Shown: positions 35,924 through 50,395, counted from the first letter of the whole stretch. The stretch: 63,738 nt of DNA, filler included, from Octopus bimaculoides (GCF_001194135.2; 8 parts of 7 records of this genome joined end to end with filler, not necessarily neighbours in it); one strand, 5' to 3'. A program made the numbers and translations. The notes: generated by a model not told the origin, from the sequence alone.

Positions 35924-36600
35924 CTACAATTGCATGCGTATATGTATATATTTATATCCACAAATCCACGCAAAGGTGTATGTGTATATATGTATATACC
36001 TGCAAATATACGTATATTTCTATACATATGCGCACATGTATGTATACATATATATATATTTATGCACATACATCCACTCAAATTCTTATATGCATATATA
36101 TATACATATGTGAGTGTGTATGTATTTATGTATGCGTATATATGCATTTGTGAATGTGCGTGTAGATGTGTGTGTGTATGATAGTTCCCCTGTGTGACAA
36201 CTGCGCCCTCACGAATAAACAAATAAATAAATCAAAGAAAGATTGAAAGAAAAAAAGAAGGAAACAAAGCAAAACCTTAATTATGAAATATTTGTCCCGT
36301 GGTAAGTAAGCAAGGGAGGCTATGACTTCAACTGTACCTCAACAGGGGGCGTCTCTGTGCAGGAATCAGAAGATCACTACTGTTTCTCTCTACACCACAT
36401 TTTCCTGAAGCGACGAATGTGTCGCTTCTTTATTGTCGTAAGTGTACGATATCCAATTTGGCTGCATAAAATGTCTTCTACCTGTGGTTCGGTTGGGTTT
36501 CAAACATCAGTCGTCAACGAAGACCATGAGTATCCAGCTTCTGTATGAACGATTTACACTACAGGGAAGCTTTCGATTTAACTAGGTGTATATACACACA

Positions 36601-36652
<52 letters not shown>

Positions 36653-37094
36653 NNNNNNNNNNNNNNNNNNNNNNNNNNNNNNNNNNNNNNNNNNNNNNNN
36701 NNNNNNNNNNNNNNNNNNNNNNNNNNNNNNNNNNNNNNNNNNNNNNNNNNNNNNNNNNNNNNNNNNNNNNNNNNNNNNNNNNNNNNNNNNNNNNNNNNNN
36801 NNNNNNNNNNNNNNNNNNNNNNNNNNNNNNNNNNNNNNNNNNNNNNNNNNNNNNNNNNNNNNNNNNNNNNNNNNNNNNNNNNNNNNNNNNNNNNNNNNNN
36901 NNNNNNNNNNNNNNNNNNNNNNNNNNNNNNNNNNNNNNNNNNNTATATATATATAGTTTTAGGGAAAAGAACCAAGGTTCATGAACTCATCGATGAAAAT
37001 CCAGTCACATATAGAAAAATTAATAAGTAAAAGCACAAATAAGTATAATATAATACAAAGTAAATATCATAAGATAACGATAATAATAATAATG

Positions 37095-37426
37095 TTATCT
37101 GACTTTCACCCATGGTATTACCGCCAAAAAACTGTTGAATCTTCTGGATGGTTTGAGTTTGTGTATCACCAAAATTTTGGAAAATCTTGATGCAATATCT
37201 CTCCACGATGCGTTCGGTCATCTTACATGAAAATATGTCAGAGGAGTGCGAATTATACGTCTGTACTCTAGGCATGACAGTCGAAAACTGACGCAACCTA
37301 CCGGCACAAAACGTTTTACCCATATGCAGGAAGGATAGCATTACCTTTCGCTCACAGGATTTTGCACATACAGTATTAGTTTTGGCAGGATAATATAAAA
37401 TGGGACACCTCTTGAATACACCTCTT
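37095..37426 (-). mobile_element. mariner-type transposon 5' fragment (terminus + transposase N-terminal HTH)
   Basis: MTERIVERYCIKIFQNFGDTQTQTIQKIQQFFGGNTMGESQI, truncated at (ATT)n. The end TAAGAGGTGTATTCAAGAG resembles mariner TACGAGGG.GTTCAA termini. Confidence 0.75.
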
Positions 37427-37489
37427 ATATATGTTTTTCCGTCAGGCTCCCACTGGCTTGCAGTTGTCACTTCCGATATGCAGCTTTTA

Positions 37490-37900
37490 ATTTTCTAAAC
37501 CAGTGAATTGTAGTCCTCATTAAGCACTTCAGGTTGATCTTGATAGCATCTTACAACTGCGTCGCATCAAAGGCCTTTATGTGTTGATTCTTTATTGAGA
37601 TGTGCTGAGCTATTTTCCTCTCTGATTTTGCTGATCTTCGCCGGTAGCAAGCGATAATTGCTGCCTATGCTGAAGAGTGCTATGATGGAAACGACTTGTA
37701 GTAGGAGCCGTTTGTTAATGTAGTCAATATAATTTTTGTACTGAGCGTTTGGGGTTATGCAGGTCCATCTCTTCTCTGGATGCTCTCTAAATATGGTATT
37801 TACAGTGTAAAGTCTTCTTGACTATAGCATAGTAGCCAACGTTCATCTCTTTCGTTTTTCTCTTCATGAAACCATTGGTAGCCTTGTTAATCCACAAATA
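37490..37900 (-). pseudogene. Highly decayed RTE-clade APE endonuclease
   Basis: NERDERWL, HPEKRWTCITPNAQYKNYIDYI and FSIGSNYRLL correspond to RWTWISPNG..KNEIDYI and GSDHRL. Confidence 0.6.
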
Positions 37901-38014
37901 AAGAATATTTATTCATCAATGCAGTATTGAGCACTAATTCTCACTGTTCGATATTAGCATGTGTGTGTGTGTGCATGCGTGTGTGCGTGCGTGTGTGAGT
38001 GTGTGTGAGTTCGA

Positions 38015-38077
<63 letters not shown>

Positions 38078-38151
38078 ATATATATAATATGTGTGTTTGT
38101 GCATGTGTGTGTAGTTATGTACATTTATGCATGTATATATGTACGTATGTA

Positions 38152-38238
<87 letters not shown>

Positions 38239-40493
38239 GTAGATGTTTATTTGTATATATACATGTGTATCTGAACAGACACGATTATGTATGTATACAT
38301 AATATACACGGTGGTGCATCAGCATGGCCGCGGCTCTAAGCTGAAACTTAAAAAAAAATATATATATATACATACATATATANNNNNNNNNNNNNNNNNN
38401 NNNNNNNNNNNNNNNNNNNNNNNNNNNNNNNNNNNNNNNNNNNNNNNNNNNNNNNNNNNNNNNNNNNNNNNNNNNNNNNNNNNNNNNNNNNNNNNNNNNT
38501 ATATATATATATATATATAAATATGTGTGTGTGTGCATTATGTATCATATTTATACACTGGTATATAAATGTGCGTATATCTATGTATATACATACATAT
38601 ACATACACACACATATATACATATATATATATCTAAATCTATCTATCTATCTATCTATCTACCTATCTATCTTTCTTTCTTTATTTATTTCTTCCTTTCT
38701 TTCCTTTTTTCTTTCTTTCCTTTTTTCTTTCTTTCTATTTTTATAGGTATGTACATTTTTAAAGCTATCAGTTGATAGAATATTCATACAAGTTAACTTC
38801 ATTTTTATTCCTATCTAACAAACATCAACAAAATTAAACAAACGTAAAATAAATAAATACATCTCCCACATCTTTTCTCTTGAAAACTTAACCATTTTTA
38901 TTTATTTATTTATTCATTTTTTTGCTCTAAAGCATTTTGCTTTGTTTTTAGAAGAACAAGAAATCCTTTAAAAATGTCGATACATGGCTTCTTGATGCGG
39001 AATGATTTTTCTCATGCGAAATTTCACGATGGAAAAACAGTCTGAAGAAAATGTTAACTACAGTTTGAATTATGAAACTTCTGAAAAAGGCACGGAACAG
39101 ACCGATTGAACTTATGTATTCACAATTTATATGTGTGTTTAACAGATAATGTATCATTGATGCTTGGATATGAAATTTCGAAACACCATATATATATATA
39201 TATATANNNNNNNNNNNNNNNNNNNNNNNNNNNNNNNNNNNNNNNNNNNNNNNNNNNNNNNNNNNNNNNNNNNNNNNNNNNNNNNNNNNNNNNNNNNNNN
39301 NNNNNNNNNNNNNNNNNNNNNNNNNNNNNNNNNNNNNNNNNNNNNNNNNNNNNNNNNNNNNNNNNNNNNNNNNNNNNNNNNNNNNNNNNNNNNNNNNNNN
39401 NNNNNNNNNNNNNNNNNNNNNNNNNNNNNNNNNNNNNNNNNNNNNNNNNNNNNNNNNNNNNNNNNNNNNNNNNNNNNNNNNNNNNNNNNNNNNNNNNNNN
39501 NNNNNNNNNNNNNNNNNNNNNNNNNNNNNNNNNNNNNNNNNNNNNNNNNNNNNNNNNNNNNNNNNNNNNNNNNNNNNNNNNNNNNNNNNNNNNNNNNNNN
39601 NNNNNNNNNNNNNNNNNNNNNNNNNNNNNNNNNNNNNNNNNNNNNNNNNNNNNNNNNNNNNNNNNNNNNNNNNNNNNNNNNNNNNNNNNNNNNNNNNNNN
39701 NNNNNNNNNNNNNNNNNNNNNNNNNNNNNNNNNNNNNNNNNNNNNNNNNNNNNNNNNNNNNNNNNNNNNNNNNNNNNNNNNNNNNNNNNNNNNNNNNNNN
39801 NNNNNNNNNNNNNNNNNNNNNNNNNNNNNNNNNNNNNNNNNNNNNNNNNNNNNNNNNNNNNNNNNNNNNNNNNNNNNNNNNNNNNNNNNNNNNNACACAC
39901 ACATACACACGTTCGCATGCGCTCACACACGTGAACAAATGAGAAACGAAATCAGCGCGAAAAATGTTAGCACGACATTTTATTAGAGAGAAAAAAAAAA
40001 TATTTGTTGATTACGCGAATGAATGAATCCTCAGTTTTTTAAATTCCACATCAGTCGAATAGGTTTTCCATGTTGCTCTTTGTTTAGCCCAGGGTCTGTG
40101 CTGAACGGGTAGATCCTTGATCAAAATCATTCCTATTGTGACCGTCCCTTCGTTTTTATTTACACTGCAATTTCTTCAAGGTACTTCCTGTTTACAATGG
40201 AAGAATGAGGAGCTGAAAGGGGATTTGGTTGCTGTTTTTAGCTGGGCGATCGACGCGAAAATGTTCGATCACTTGTTTGTAAAATATTCTCAAGAAGAGA
40301 ATATTAGATGTGGGTGAAATATGAAATTTAATATTTTGAGATCCATATTGAGTGCTTCTTTTTCATTGTGTTATTCTTAGATCTAGGGACTTATTATAGG
40401 AGATATTTATGTATAAGTTAATCTTGGTTATCCTGTCCATTTTGTTTCATTCACGTATTGGAACGAATTTTTCATCTTTTATTCCCTTATTTC

Positions 40494-40678
40494 TTTCATT
40501 CATTTGACTGCGGCCATGCTGGAGCACCTCCTTTAGTCAAAGAAATCGATCCCAAGTCTTATTCTTTGTAAGCATAGCACCTATTCTATCACTACTTTTG
40601 CTGAACCGCTAAGTTACGGGGACATAATCACACCAACATCGGTTGTCAAGCGATGGTAGTGGGGAACAAACACACAAA
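40494..40678 (-). mobile_element. Meta-like SINE 3' half
   Basis: CATTTGACTGCGGCCATGCTGGAGCACC...GCTAAGTTACGGGGAC...GGTTGTCAAGCGATGG. Confidence 0.8.
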
Positions 40679-41764
40679 ACATATACAACATTTTCTAAAA
40701 AAAAACAAGAAGAGAAACAAGTTCGTTGGACGATTTGATCGACTAAACCCGTCAAGGTGATGCCCCAGCATTGCCGCTGTCTAGAGGCTGAAATGACAGA
40801 AAAGGAAAAAGATAAAATGTTAAATACGAATAGATAAGAATTCATAGACTGCATCATCAAATTCATCATCATCTTAATCATCATCATCATCATCATCATT
40901 ACCACCATAACCACCACCACCACCACCACCACCACCACCATGGCCATCATCATCATAATCATTATCATTACCACTACAGTCATCATTGTCTTCACCTCCC
41001 ATCCTTCTCCTCCTCGTCCTCCTCTTCCTCGTCATCGTCGTCNNNNNNNNNNNNNNNNNNNNNNNNNNNNNNNNNNNNNNNNNNNNNNNNNNNNNNNNNN
41101 NNNNNNNNNNNNNNNNNNNNNNNNNNNNNNNNNNNNNNNNNNNNNNNNNNNNNNNNNNNNNNNNNNNNNNNNNNNNNNNNNNNNNNNNNNNNNNNNNNNN
41201 NNNNNNNNNNNNNNNNNNNNNNNNNNNNNNNNNNNNNNNNNNNNNNNNNNNNNNNNNNNNNNNNNNNNNNNNNNNNNNNNNNNNNNNNNNNNNNNNNNNN
41301 NNNNNNNNNNNNNNNNNNNNNNNNNNNNNNNNNNCCGTTATTATTTCTCACATTTGCAAAGCTGTTTTTAGTGCCGGTCGTGGGTTTTCGCAGTTGACAG
41401 GGGAAGAGGGAGTGTGGGGTGATGTGGTGGGGTGGGGGGAAGAAAACCAAATGAGAAAAATTAAGAAGTAACCTCGTTTTGAAATATCAAGTACTTAGCA
41501 GTGATTTCAATATTAGAGATGAAAGAGACATAAACAAAGAGGCGAAAAAAGCAAAAAAGAAAAAAGAAAAAAGCTAAAAGGAAACGGTAAAAACCAAAAT
41601 AAATAAATGGTCACGTGGTTAAGAAACAGGAGGACTGGTACATTTTGTCTTGTAGCCTACAGCGACGTTTAAAATCCACGTCTCTCTTCTGTCTGTCTGT
41701 GTGTCGATGTGTCTGTTTCTATCTCTGACACTTTTGATATATAATCATACATGTGTACAGACAG

Positions 41765-41825
<61 letters not shown>

Positions 41826-42052
41826 AATATGTGTGTATATGTATGTATATATGTTTGTGTAATTCCTTCATATATACATAAACAGGCACACATATATGTG
41901 TGCATATATCCTTCCATATATATATATATATATATATATGCATACATACATATGTGTATATATAGAGAGAGATAGAGAGATAGAGAGCGAGAGATAGGCA
42001 GACAGACAGATAGGTAGGTAGATAGACAAATATACATGTATACATATGTATG

Positions 42053-42126
<74 letters not shown>

Positions 42127-42213
42127 TATATATATATGCATGTATATTTGTCTGTCTCTCTAGCTACCTATCTATCTGTATGTCTGTCTCTCGCTCTCTC
42201 TCACTATCTCTCA

Positions 42214-42248
<35 letters not shown>

Positions 42249-43054
42249 GCTTTATATACACATATAAACAGAGATGTATATGTATGTATATGTATGATAT
42301 ACATACATACATTCACACACACACATATACATACATATACATATAGATACATACACATACATATACGTACATATATATATAGAAATACACGTATATAGGC
42401 ATGCACTGATTAATACGTATGCACTAAGTAGAGGTGCATATGTAAATCAATAAGCAATTTCGTTGAATAATATAGATATGCGCATACTGATACACACACA
42501 TACGCTCAAAGACACACAAGTATATACGCAATGCGTTACATAATTAATATTTTTACGTTCTTTCTGCCTCTTAACACAAACACACACACATACACACACA
42601 TAAACCTCCTGAGAAACACACATTCACAGAGACACTCACATCCATAGTCACACACATAAATCCATTGGCGCACAGACATATATTTGAGAGTTTTGTCATC
42701 TGTGGAAGTCTTTAGTGCCCTCTTACACTCTACTTAAATTTCAGATCTTCGCCACCACCTTCTACATAAACCACCATCTGTGGTGGTTTCCACAGACTAC
42801 ATCAAGCATTTGTGTCTTTTTAAAAAAAAAAACAAAAAACAAAAACAAAATAAAATTTCACTTTTATTATAAGACTGTCAATTTTATTTTAGTCTGTTCG
42901 GCCTGGAAGCTATTTGCTTCCTTAAAAGAAATCAGCTTTTTGTTTATAATATGTATGTACAGGACTATGTATATGTTTATGTATATGTATATGTACGTAC
43001 GTATGTATGTATATATCTATCTATATATGTATATACATATTTACACACACACAT

Positions 43055-43092
<38 letters not shown>

Positions 43093-43799
43093 AGTATATA
43101 TATATATATCTAAATCTCNNNNNNNNNNNNNNNNNNNNNNNNNNNNNNNNNNNNNNNNNNNNNNNNNNNNNNNNNNNNNNNNNNNNNNNNNNNNNNNNNN
43201 NNNNNNNNNNNNNNNNNNNNNNNNNNNNNNNNNNNNNNNNNNNNNNNNNNNNNNNNNNNNNNNNNNNNNNNNNNNNNNNNNNNNNNNNNNNNNNNNNNNN
43301 NNNNNNNNNNNNNNNNNNNNNNNNNNNNNNNNNNNNNNNNNNNNNNNNNNNNNNNNNNNNNNNNNNNNNNNNNNNNNNNNNNNNNNNNNNNNNNNNNNNN
43401 NNNNNNNNNNNNNNNNNNNNNNNNNNNNNNNNNNNNNNNNNNNNNNNTATATATATATATATATATATTTACATCACATATCTAACAATACACACACACA
43501 CCCAAATTATACAATTGTATATGCGTGCACATTCCAATGTAGTCTTAACCGAAATACAAACTGATCGCGTTAAATAACCGCTTAATACTTCATACGACGT
43601 GAAGTCAAATAATACATTCGTAGAATTTATCTCCCTTCTATATAAAAATGCTTCCTGTTATTTGAGATGTTGTTAGGAGACATCTCGCTGGAGAAAATCG
43701 GTGTGTACATCTGTGATGAGGCTCACTCCATAGATTTATGAAACCCAACCGTTTCATTTATAGTCCTCCAATTGCTTTTGTCATTCTCGAATAAGGACT

Positions 43800-43995
43800 C
43801 AGTAGGGTAACAGTTTGAGTTTTAGGGGTCCACAACTATTCAACATTCTGGCAAACGACCTCAGAGATTCCCGACGCGTCGATGTAGAGGTCTTCAAAGA
43901 GCGTCTGGACAAATTTTTATCTGAAATACCAGATGAGGTCGCGGTAGGAGGGTCGAAAAAGAGCGGCTCCATCCAACTCGCTACTTCACCAAAAG
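43800..43995 (+). pseudogene. CR1-group LINE RT C-terminal fragment
   Basis: NSLSFRGPQLFNILANDLRDSRRVDVEVFKERLDKFLSEIPDE. Confidence 0.7.
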
Positions 43996-45289
43996 ACCGG
44001 ACAGAGAAGAAACCCAGACGTATTGAAAGGTGGTGCTCCAGCATGGTCCCAGACTCTGGCTGAAACCAGCAGCAGATAAATGATAAAAGATTTGACTGCA
44101 GCCGTGCTAGTGCAATGCTTTGAAGTGTTTTGTCGACCACATCAATTTCAGGGATTTTGTCTTTTTCGTTCATATTGTCCGATTTCGTTTAAATTTTCTT
44201 CACTGATATAGTTTTGTATGCTAATAACAAAAATCATATTCATTTTTGATACAACCCAATAATAAAAATGTTACAAACCTATTCAAGTTTGAAATTTTAA
44301 CCAATCGGAAGCTTCCATTATCGATTTACCGGAGGTCACAGTTTCCATGTGTTAACAATAAGGAAATGAAAGCCTTGTGAAATCTTGAAAGATATTATTA
44401 TTTTTGATAATTAAAAAGCATTTAATGAAAGAAAATGAACAAAATTACAAAACCCCATTAAAGATGAAAAGCTTCAATGAAATATAATGAAAACATTAGA
44501 TAAGCTTTGACTATGGTAAAAATATAATGAAAGGAGCTGAAATGAAAGGAAGAGAAATAGCCAACGACAATAAAATTGTGCTATGCACTCAAATATTTTT
44601 TCAATGAGGTCACAATTTTCGTACCAATGCCGTCAATGAACTTTCGGGAATACAAGTTGACTGTAGAACGATGAGTATCCCAGCGCCATTAAAGCCCTTG
44701 TTTGAAGTAGACACAAGCGCTTTCTACTTGCTGCGTGTGAGTAACGTCTAGTGAGCTGATAGCCTCGATGGTGTTGGTCACCATTTTGTGCAGAAATTGA
44801 TATCCTGGTATCTCTGGTATATCCGAGTATCCTTGCTACAAATACCACAAAATGGCTTCGACGTCTCTGACTTCAGTAGAAGACGCTTGCTAATGATGCC
44901 GCTGATATATTCACTGGTGTTGCCGTGTTGCCAGGATGAATAAATAATGCAGTGCACGCAAACGAAGCAGTATTAAATCAAAAGAATTAAATGTATATCA
45001 TACCTAAAGTATATACACTGTTGACCGGCCAGTTATTCTGTTTGCCGAACAACTGTGTTACGAACCAAAAGCAAACAAGACCGGTTGTTAAGCGGTGTAA
45101 ACGTTAGCACGAAAGAGATACAGAAATATCCGAACCTCCCCTCTTTCTAATACACTGGAAAAAGAGGTTTGTTATACATAGACTTTTTAAGCTTTGTGAT
45201 GCATTTGGAAAGTGAGTCTAGGCTGTAGTTGCAATCAAATATCAGAGCATGAATGAAATTTGAGGTCCCTCAAGCGTGTCTTATCAACG

Positions 45290-45660
45290 CTGTTGTAATG
45301 CTGCCGTGACCTGGACAACCCACCGCAGGCATATTTAACGTGTCGAGCGATTCCACCAGCGATGCTTGCATAATATCTTCAAGATCTCATGGCGATCTCA
45401 TGTACCTGATACGAGAGTACTGCAACTAGCCAAACTGACCTGTATCGAGGAGACCATGTTATGTCAGAAGAGTTGTTGTACAATGAGTTGGAGCAAGGAA
45501 AACGTCCTCAGCGTTTTAAAGACAATCTTAAAAGACACACTTAAAAATATCCGTATCGATACTGACAGCCTGGAAGATCTCGAATCAGATAAGGAGTTGT
45601 CGAGGAATCTGACTGCTACAGGTGTTAAAGGATTCGAGAACAATAGGGTTGTCTACACTG
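45290..45660 (+). pseudogene. RTE/BovB-like LINE RT C-terminal fragment
   Basis: VTWTTHRRHI*RVERFHQRCLHNIFKISWRSHVPDTRVL; LLYNELEQGKRPQRFKDNLK; GVKGFENNR. Confidence 0.8.
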
Positions 45661-47016
45661 AGTTGAATCATATTAGTAAATATATGGAAGATGCAAATCC
45701 TCTCCATGAGAAGAATCTCTTTCGTGTGACTACTGTGAGGTAGATCTCTTCAGCCACAAGTGTGGTTACGGTGGCGCCCTCGTCTGCCAATGTGATATTC
45801 AGCATAATCTCTAGTGTACCTTGTGTAGCAGAGGTTTGGGGTTGGCCAATAGAGACTCATTCGGCATTGTGAGTCTCAACATCTAGGCAGTCAGACTGCT
45901 GCTGGAGAGCTGACCTGTTATCAGTGTGACATAACTTGTAGATCCCTCGCAGGCCTTGGTAGTCCTTTGTGACGGCATAAGTGATGTGGAGACCAAACGT
46001 GAGGTGCTTCTTAGGGTTAGGTGTTTTTAGGAAGTGGTCTTACATAGTTTCTTTATATTCTCCCTCGGCCAAATTTTACTGTTGAGGCATTGGTCAATCC
46101 GGGGACAGAATAGAGACTAACTGTGCCATCTGTCACGCAGTGGTACCGAACTCAAAACCACTTTTCTATACCGATCGATCTTCTCAAAAGCACAACCATG
46201 TCTGGGCATAAATACACACACACACACACACGCACACACACATACACATATGCATTTATGTATACATGCATATATATGCGCTTGTTGCACACAATATGCT
46301 CTGAAATAAAATAAAGCGAATAACGAAGATAAAAAGAAGAAAAAAAAATTATTATTTTTTGTCATGGAAATTACCGATCGTCTTATTGAGTGTTTCACAT
46401 TGCTTTAATTCTGATATTCACCGTTAATATTTGGGAAAGTTTAATATGTCAAGTTTGCTTCGCCTACAAAAATAGTTATGACTTGAACACTTCAGTGAAT
46501 CTCTTAAAAACAGAGCATGGCATCCATATCTTACATATTAAATATAAGCACATGCTACAAATCTGGCAATAGAAATGGACCGAAGAATTTTTCTTCGATA
46601 AGCTACTTTAGCGTTGGTATGCTTGGTCAGAGTCTTAAATCTGCAAGAGAAATCTAAATCCCTTTCTTATAAACTATAAAACTTTATAGATAGATATTAG
46701 CAATGTTTTGAAATGTCAACATGCATCACTCTCTCGCTTGGAGAACAATTCAAAGAACTGCAAGAAACGTAAAAGGTTAAGCCGAATCTATTGTTCGAAA
46801 GAAGATTACATATTAATGAAGCAAAAATTCAATAAGTGTTTGTAGCTTTGGGTTTTGATGATAATAGATCTAACAGGAAAAGTCTAATGCCAGTCGAAAG
46901 CTAAAAGCTCTCCTATGGCATTGTTATCTACTCAAGTATTGCAAATCAAGCGATGTATTCATCCGGATAATCACGAAGATTATAAATCGTAAATGTGGAC
47001 ATGTTATTATAGTCGT

Positions 47017-47020
47017 TACC

Positions 47021-47091
<71 letters not shown>

Positions 47092-47118
47092 TACCACCTC
47101 CACCACCACCACCACCAT

Positions 47119-47165
<47 letters not shown>

Positions 47166-47251
47166 TCGTTGCCGTTGTTGTTATTGTTGTTTGTGTTTTC
47201 GCTTTTATTCGTATTTCTGCTGTCACCATTGTTGTTATTATTACCGTCAAT

Positions 47252-47298
<47 letters not shown>

Positions 47299-47443
47299 TC
47301 TTCTTCTTCTTCTTCTTCTTCTTCTTCTTCTTCTTCTTCTTCTTCTTCTTCTTCTTCTTCTTCTTCTCCTTCTTCTTCTTCTTCTTCTTCTTCTTCTTCT
47401 TCTTCTTCTTCTTCTTGTTATCGTTGTTATTCTTCTTATTATT

Positions 47444-47484
<41 letters not shown>

Positions 47485-47540
47485 CATTATTATTATTAAT
47501 ATTATTATTATTATTATTATTATTATTGTTATTATTATTA
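47017..47540. repeat. ~520-bp compound trinucleotide array (CAC/TAC)n...(CAT)n(TTC)n(TTA)n
   Basis: Directly visible. Confidence 0.97.
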
Positions 47541-48692
47541 TGTTGCTAAATGCCAGTCGTGATTTAAGTGTAGAAAGTTAATAGAAATACAAGGTTTATA
47601 TAACGACACACCTCTTCTGTTTATTAATCACAAGTGTATTCTAAAAACGACGTCCGTAGCGAAGCGACGAAACAACCAGCTTAAAGATATAAATAGAGCA
47701 AAAAGAAAAAAAAAAAGAAAAAGGAAACAGCAAAATAAAAATAAAAACCCCAAAAATAAAAAAAAACAAACAGAAATACTAAGCAAAACAAAACAAAAAC
47801 ACCTCTATTCCCCTGTGTCTTAATAGCTGAAGTTAAGTAACCGAACGGATAAAAGAAAACTGACCGTTAATATTGATTCTTTATTTCGGCACCTGGCTTA
47901 ACGATTTACAGTCATACATCCTACGAGGAAGTGATGAGATTGTGCGACATTGATGCCTTTCAGAAGATCATTTGTGGTCAAAGTGATAAGTATTAGCTTT
48001 CCCCCTTCGGAGACGAATATAAAAGCTTACGCGGATAAAGTTTTATTGGGATCTTGAATTTTTGATCTTAGGGCCTTGTCAGAATATTGTTGCCGTTGCT
48101 TAGGTCCCAGCACAACCCTAGGATAAAACAAAGCTCTTCAGTCACGATTCTACCATATCTCTTTCCCTTGTAGCATACACACACATACACACACACAAAT
48201 AAGAATTTTGCAAACCAAATCCGAAATCGAAGTGTGTATATATATATATACCAGAGTAAGCACATAATTGTGAAACAAGGTGGAGAGAATAGTACTCGAA
48301 TACCAGAGGTAGAGTAATGTGCTTCATTATTCTATTCTAAACAAAACTGTCCGACGAACGGAACGTGAAACTTTAAGTAACAGTCTTTCTGATGTGTTTG
48401 CTGCTTTTTAATAAAGTATATATATATATATATATATATNNNNNNNNNNNNNNNNNNNNNNNNNNNNNNNNNNNNNNNNNNNNNNNNNNNNNNNNNNNNN
48501 NNNNNNNNNNNNNNNNNNNNNNNNNNNNNNNNNNNNNNNNNNNNNNNNNNNNNNNNNNNNNNNNNNNNNNNNNNNNNNNNNNNNNNNNNNNNNNNNNNNN
48601 NNNNNNNNNNNNNNNNNNNNNNNNNNNNNNNNNNNNNNNNNNNNNNNNNNNNNNNNNNNNNNNNNNNNNNNNNNNNNNNNNTATATATATAT

Positions 48693-49580
48693 AGGTGGAG
48701 GCGTAGCTGTGAGGCAAGAAGCTTGCTTCCCATCTGTATGGCTCCGGGGTTCCGTCCCACTACGTGTGTCTTCTACTGTAGCTCCGGCCGACTAAAGCTT
48801 CGTGAGTGGATTTGGTAGACAGAAACTGAAAGGCAAATAAGAACAAACATCAGCCAGTAAACAATGACTTGGAAGATTCTGAGGCCTCAGGGTAGAAACG
48901 GCCGTAAGTGATTTATATCTGTACACTCATCTATTATTATTCATCCATTTCTCTGTATATATCTGTCTACGTATTTATTGACTGATCTCATTCGTTTACT
49001 TGTACCACTTAAACACATGATTGTTATCATTTAATAAATAGATATAATGGAATTTTTACTGGCTGATGTTTGTCAATTTTATATCCTCTCCATTTTCTTA
49101 TTTGCCTTATAAATCCTGGGTAAACTTCCAATTTGCTTCTACCCATACCTAGTATTCAATTGCAATATTACCATGCAATAGTTAGCACTTGGTTAAAACT
49201 ACGTAGGTTCAAATCCAGTAGCATATTGGACATTTAATATCCCTTAGATACTTTATTAACCTCTAACGCATACAGACACACTCACACACACACACACACA
49301 TATATATGTATGCGTGTGTGTATGTGTGTATGTATCTATGTGTGTGTGTATGTGTGTATGTATTTATGTGTGTGTGTGTCTTTCTGTCTGAGTTTGTCCT
49401 CCCTCCACCATCACTTGACGACTGATGTTGGTGTGCTTACGTCCCCGTAACTTAACGGTTCGGCAACATAGTCCGATAGAATAAGTACTAGGCTTACAAA
49501 GAATAAAGCCTGGGGTCGATTTCTTCGACTGACACACCCTCAAGGTGGTGCTCCAGTATAACCGCAGTCAAATGACTTAA
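48693..49580 (+). mobile_element. Meta-like SINE split by insertions (head 48693-48832, 3' part ~49390-49580)
   Basis: Head GGCGTAGCTGTG..GCAAGAAGCTTGCTTCCC...GTGAGTGGATTTGGTAGAC; tail TTACGTCCCCGTAACTTA.CGGTTCGGC...CAGTCAAATGAC. Confidence 0.7.
48830..49109. mobile_element. MITE-like element with TIRs, inserted in the SINE
   Basis: AAGGCAAATAAGAA and ACAAACATCAGCCAGTAAA (48830-48861) versus TTTACTGGCTGATGTTTGT (49055-49073) and TTCTTATTTGCCTT followed by TA. Confidence 0.6.
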
Positions 49581-49586
49581 GCACGT

Positions 49587-49693
49587 AGCTATAGTCGAAG
49601 ACTTTTGTTCAAGGTGCTGCGGAGTGGGACTGAACTGACGACCACATGGTTGGGAAGCTTACCATTTTAACTACACAGCTACCCCTGCACCTA
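49587..49693 (-). mobile_element. Meta-like SINE head fragment
   Basis: The reverse complement reads ATAGGTGCAGGGGTAGCTGTGTAG...GCTTCCCAACCATGTGG...GTTCAGTCCCACT...CACCTTGAACAA. Confidence 0.7.
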
Positions 49694-50011
49694 TGCTAAT
49701 TAAAAAAAAAATAGAAATGACTAGAGAACGTGAGAACTTACATAACGAAATTACATGGAAAGTTGGTGCTTCATCAGCCATGTTTATGCATAAACATTAT
49801 TCTCTGAGATTAGTATTATTGTACTTTGTTTAAATACATTATTCTCAGAAAAAATCACGAGCTCTCTAAACAGCCAGCGCCCCCTACTTCCCTCTACACA
49901 TCTGTCACTCGTTTGTGAGCTCTTAGGTCTCCTTGACCCTTCACCTTTCCTGTGTATCACATGTGACACGAAGGACATATTTCCCTAGCGCCCATGCATC
50001 GTATATGATAC

Positions 50012-50395
50012 ATAGGCACAGACGTGGCTGTGTGGTAAGAAGCTTGCTTCGCAACCACGTGGATCCAGGTTCAATCCCGCTGTGTGGCATCTTGAGCAAG
50101 TGTCTTCTACTGTAGCCTCGGGCCGACCAAAGCCTTGTGAGTGGATTTGGTAGACGGAAACTGAAAGAAGCCCATTGTGTATATGTATATATATATATGT
50201 ATGTGTGTGTATATATTTGTTTGTCTGTGTTTGTCCCCAAACATCGCTTGACAACTGATGGTGGTTTGTTTACGTCCCCGTAACACTAGCGGTTCGGCAA
50301 AAGAGACCGATAGAATAAGTACTAGGCTTACAAAGAATTGCTTTCGACTAAAGCATGGCCTCAGTCAAATGACTGAAACAAGTAAAGAAAAAGAC
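50012..50395 (+). mobile_element. Full-length Meta-like tRNA-derived SINE
   Basis: A/B-box head, central GCCTCGGGCCGACCAAAGCCTTGTGAGTGGATTTGGTAGACGGAAACTGAAAGAAGCCC, and tail CAGTCAAATGACTGAAACAAGTAAAG. Confidence 0.9.

Noticed and set aside
39155-39190. TTGATGC...CGAAAC hammerhead-like remnant (also ~32700 on the minus strand and ~46885)
   Set aside because: Core positions are mutated without compensation and stems I/III do not pair. At best these are decayed Penelope ends.
46924-47549. Homopolymeric ORFs (poly-R/I/V/Y/H/S), also at 2548-2865, 3305-3694, 14195-14515, 27404-27655, 40609-40995
   Set aside because: Direct translations of trinucleotide microsatellites, open in several frames, with no coding signature.
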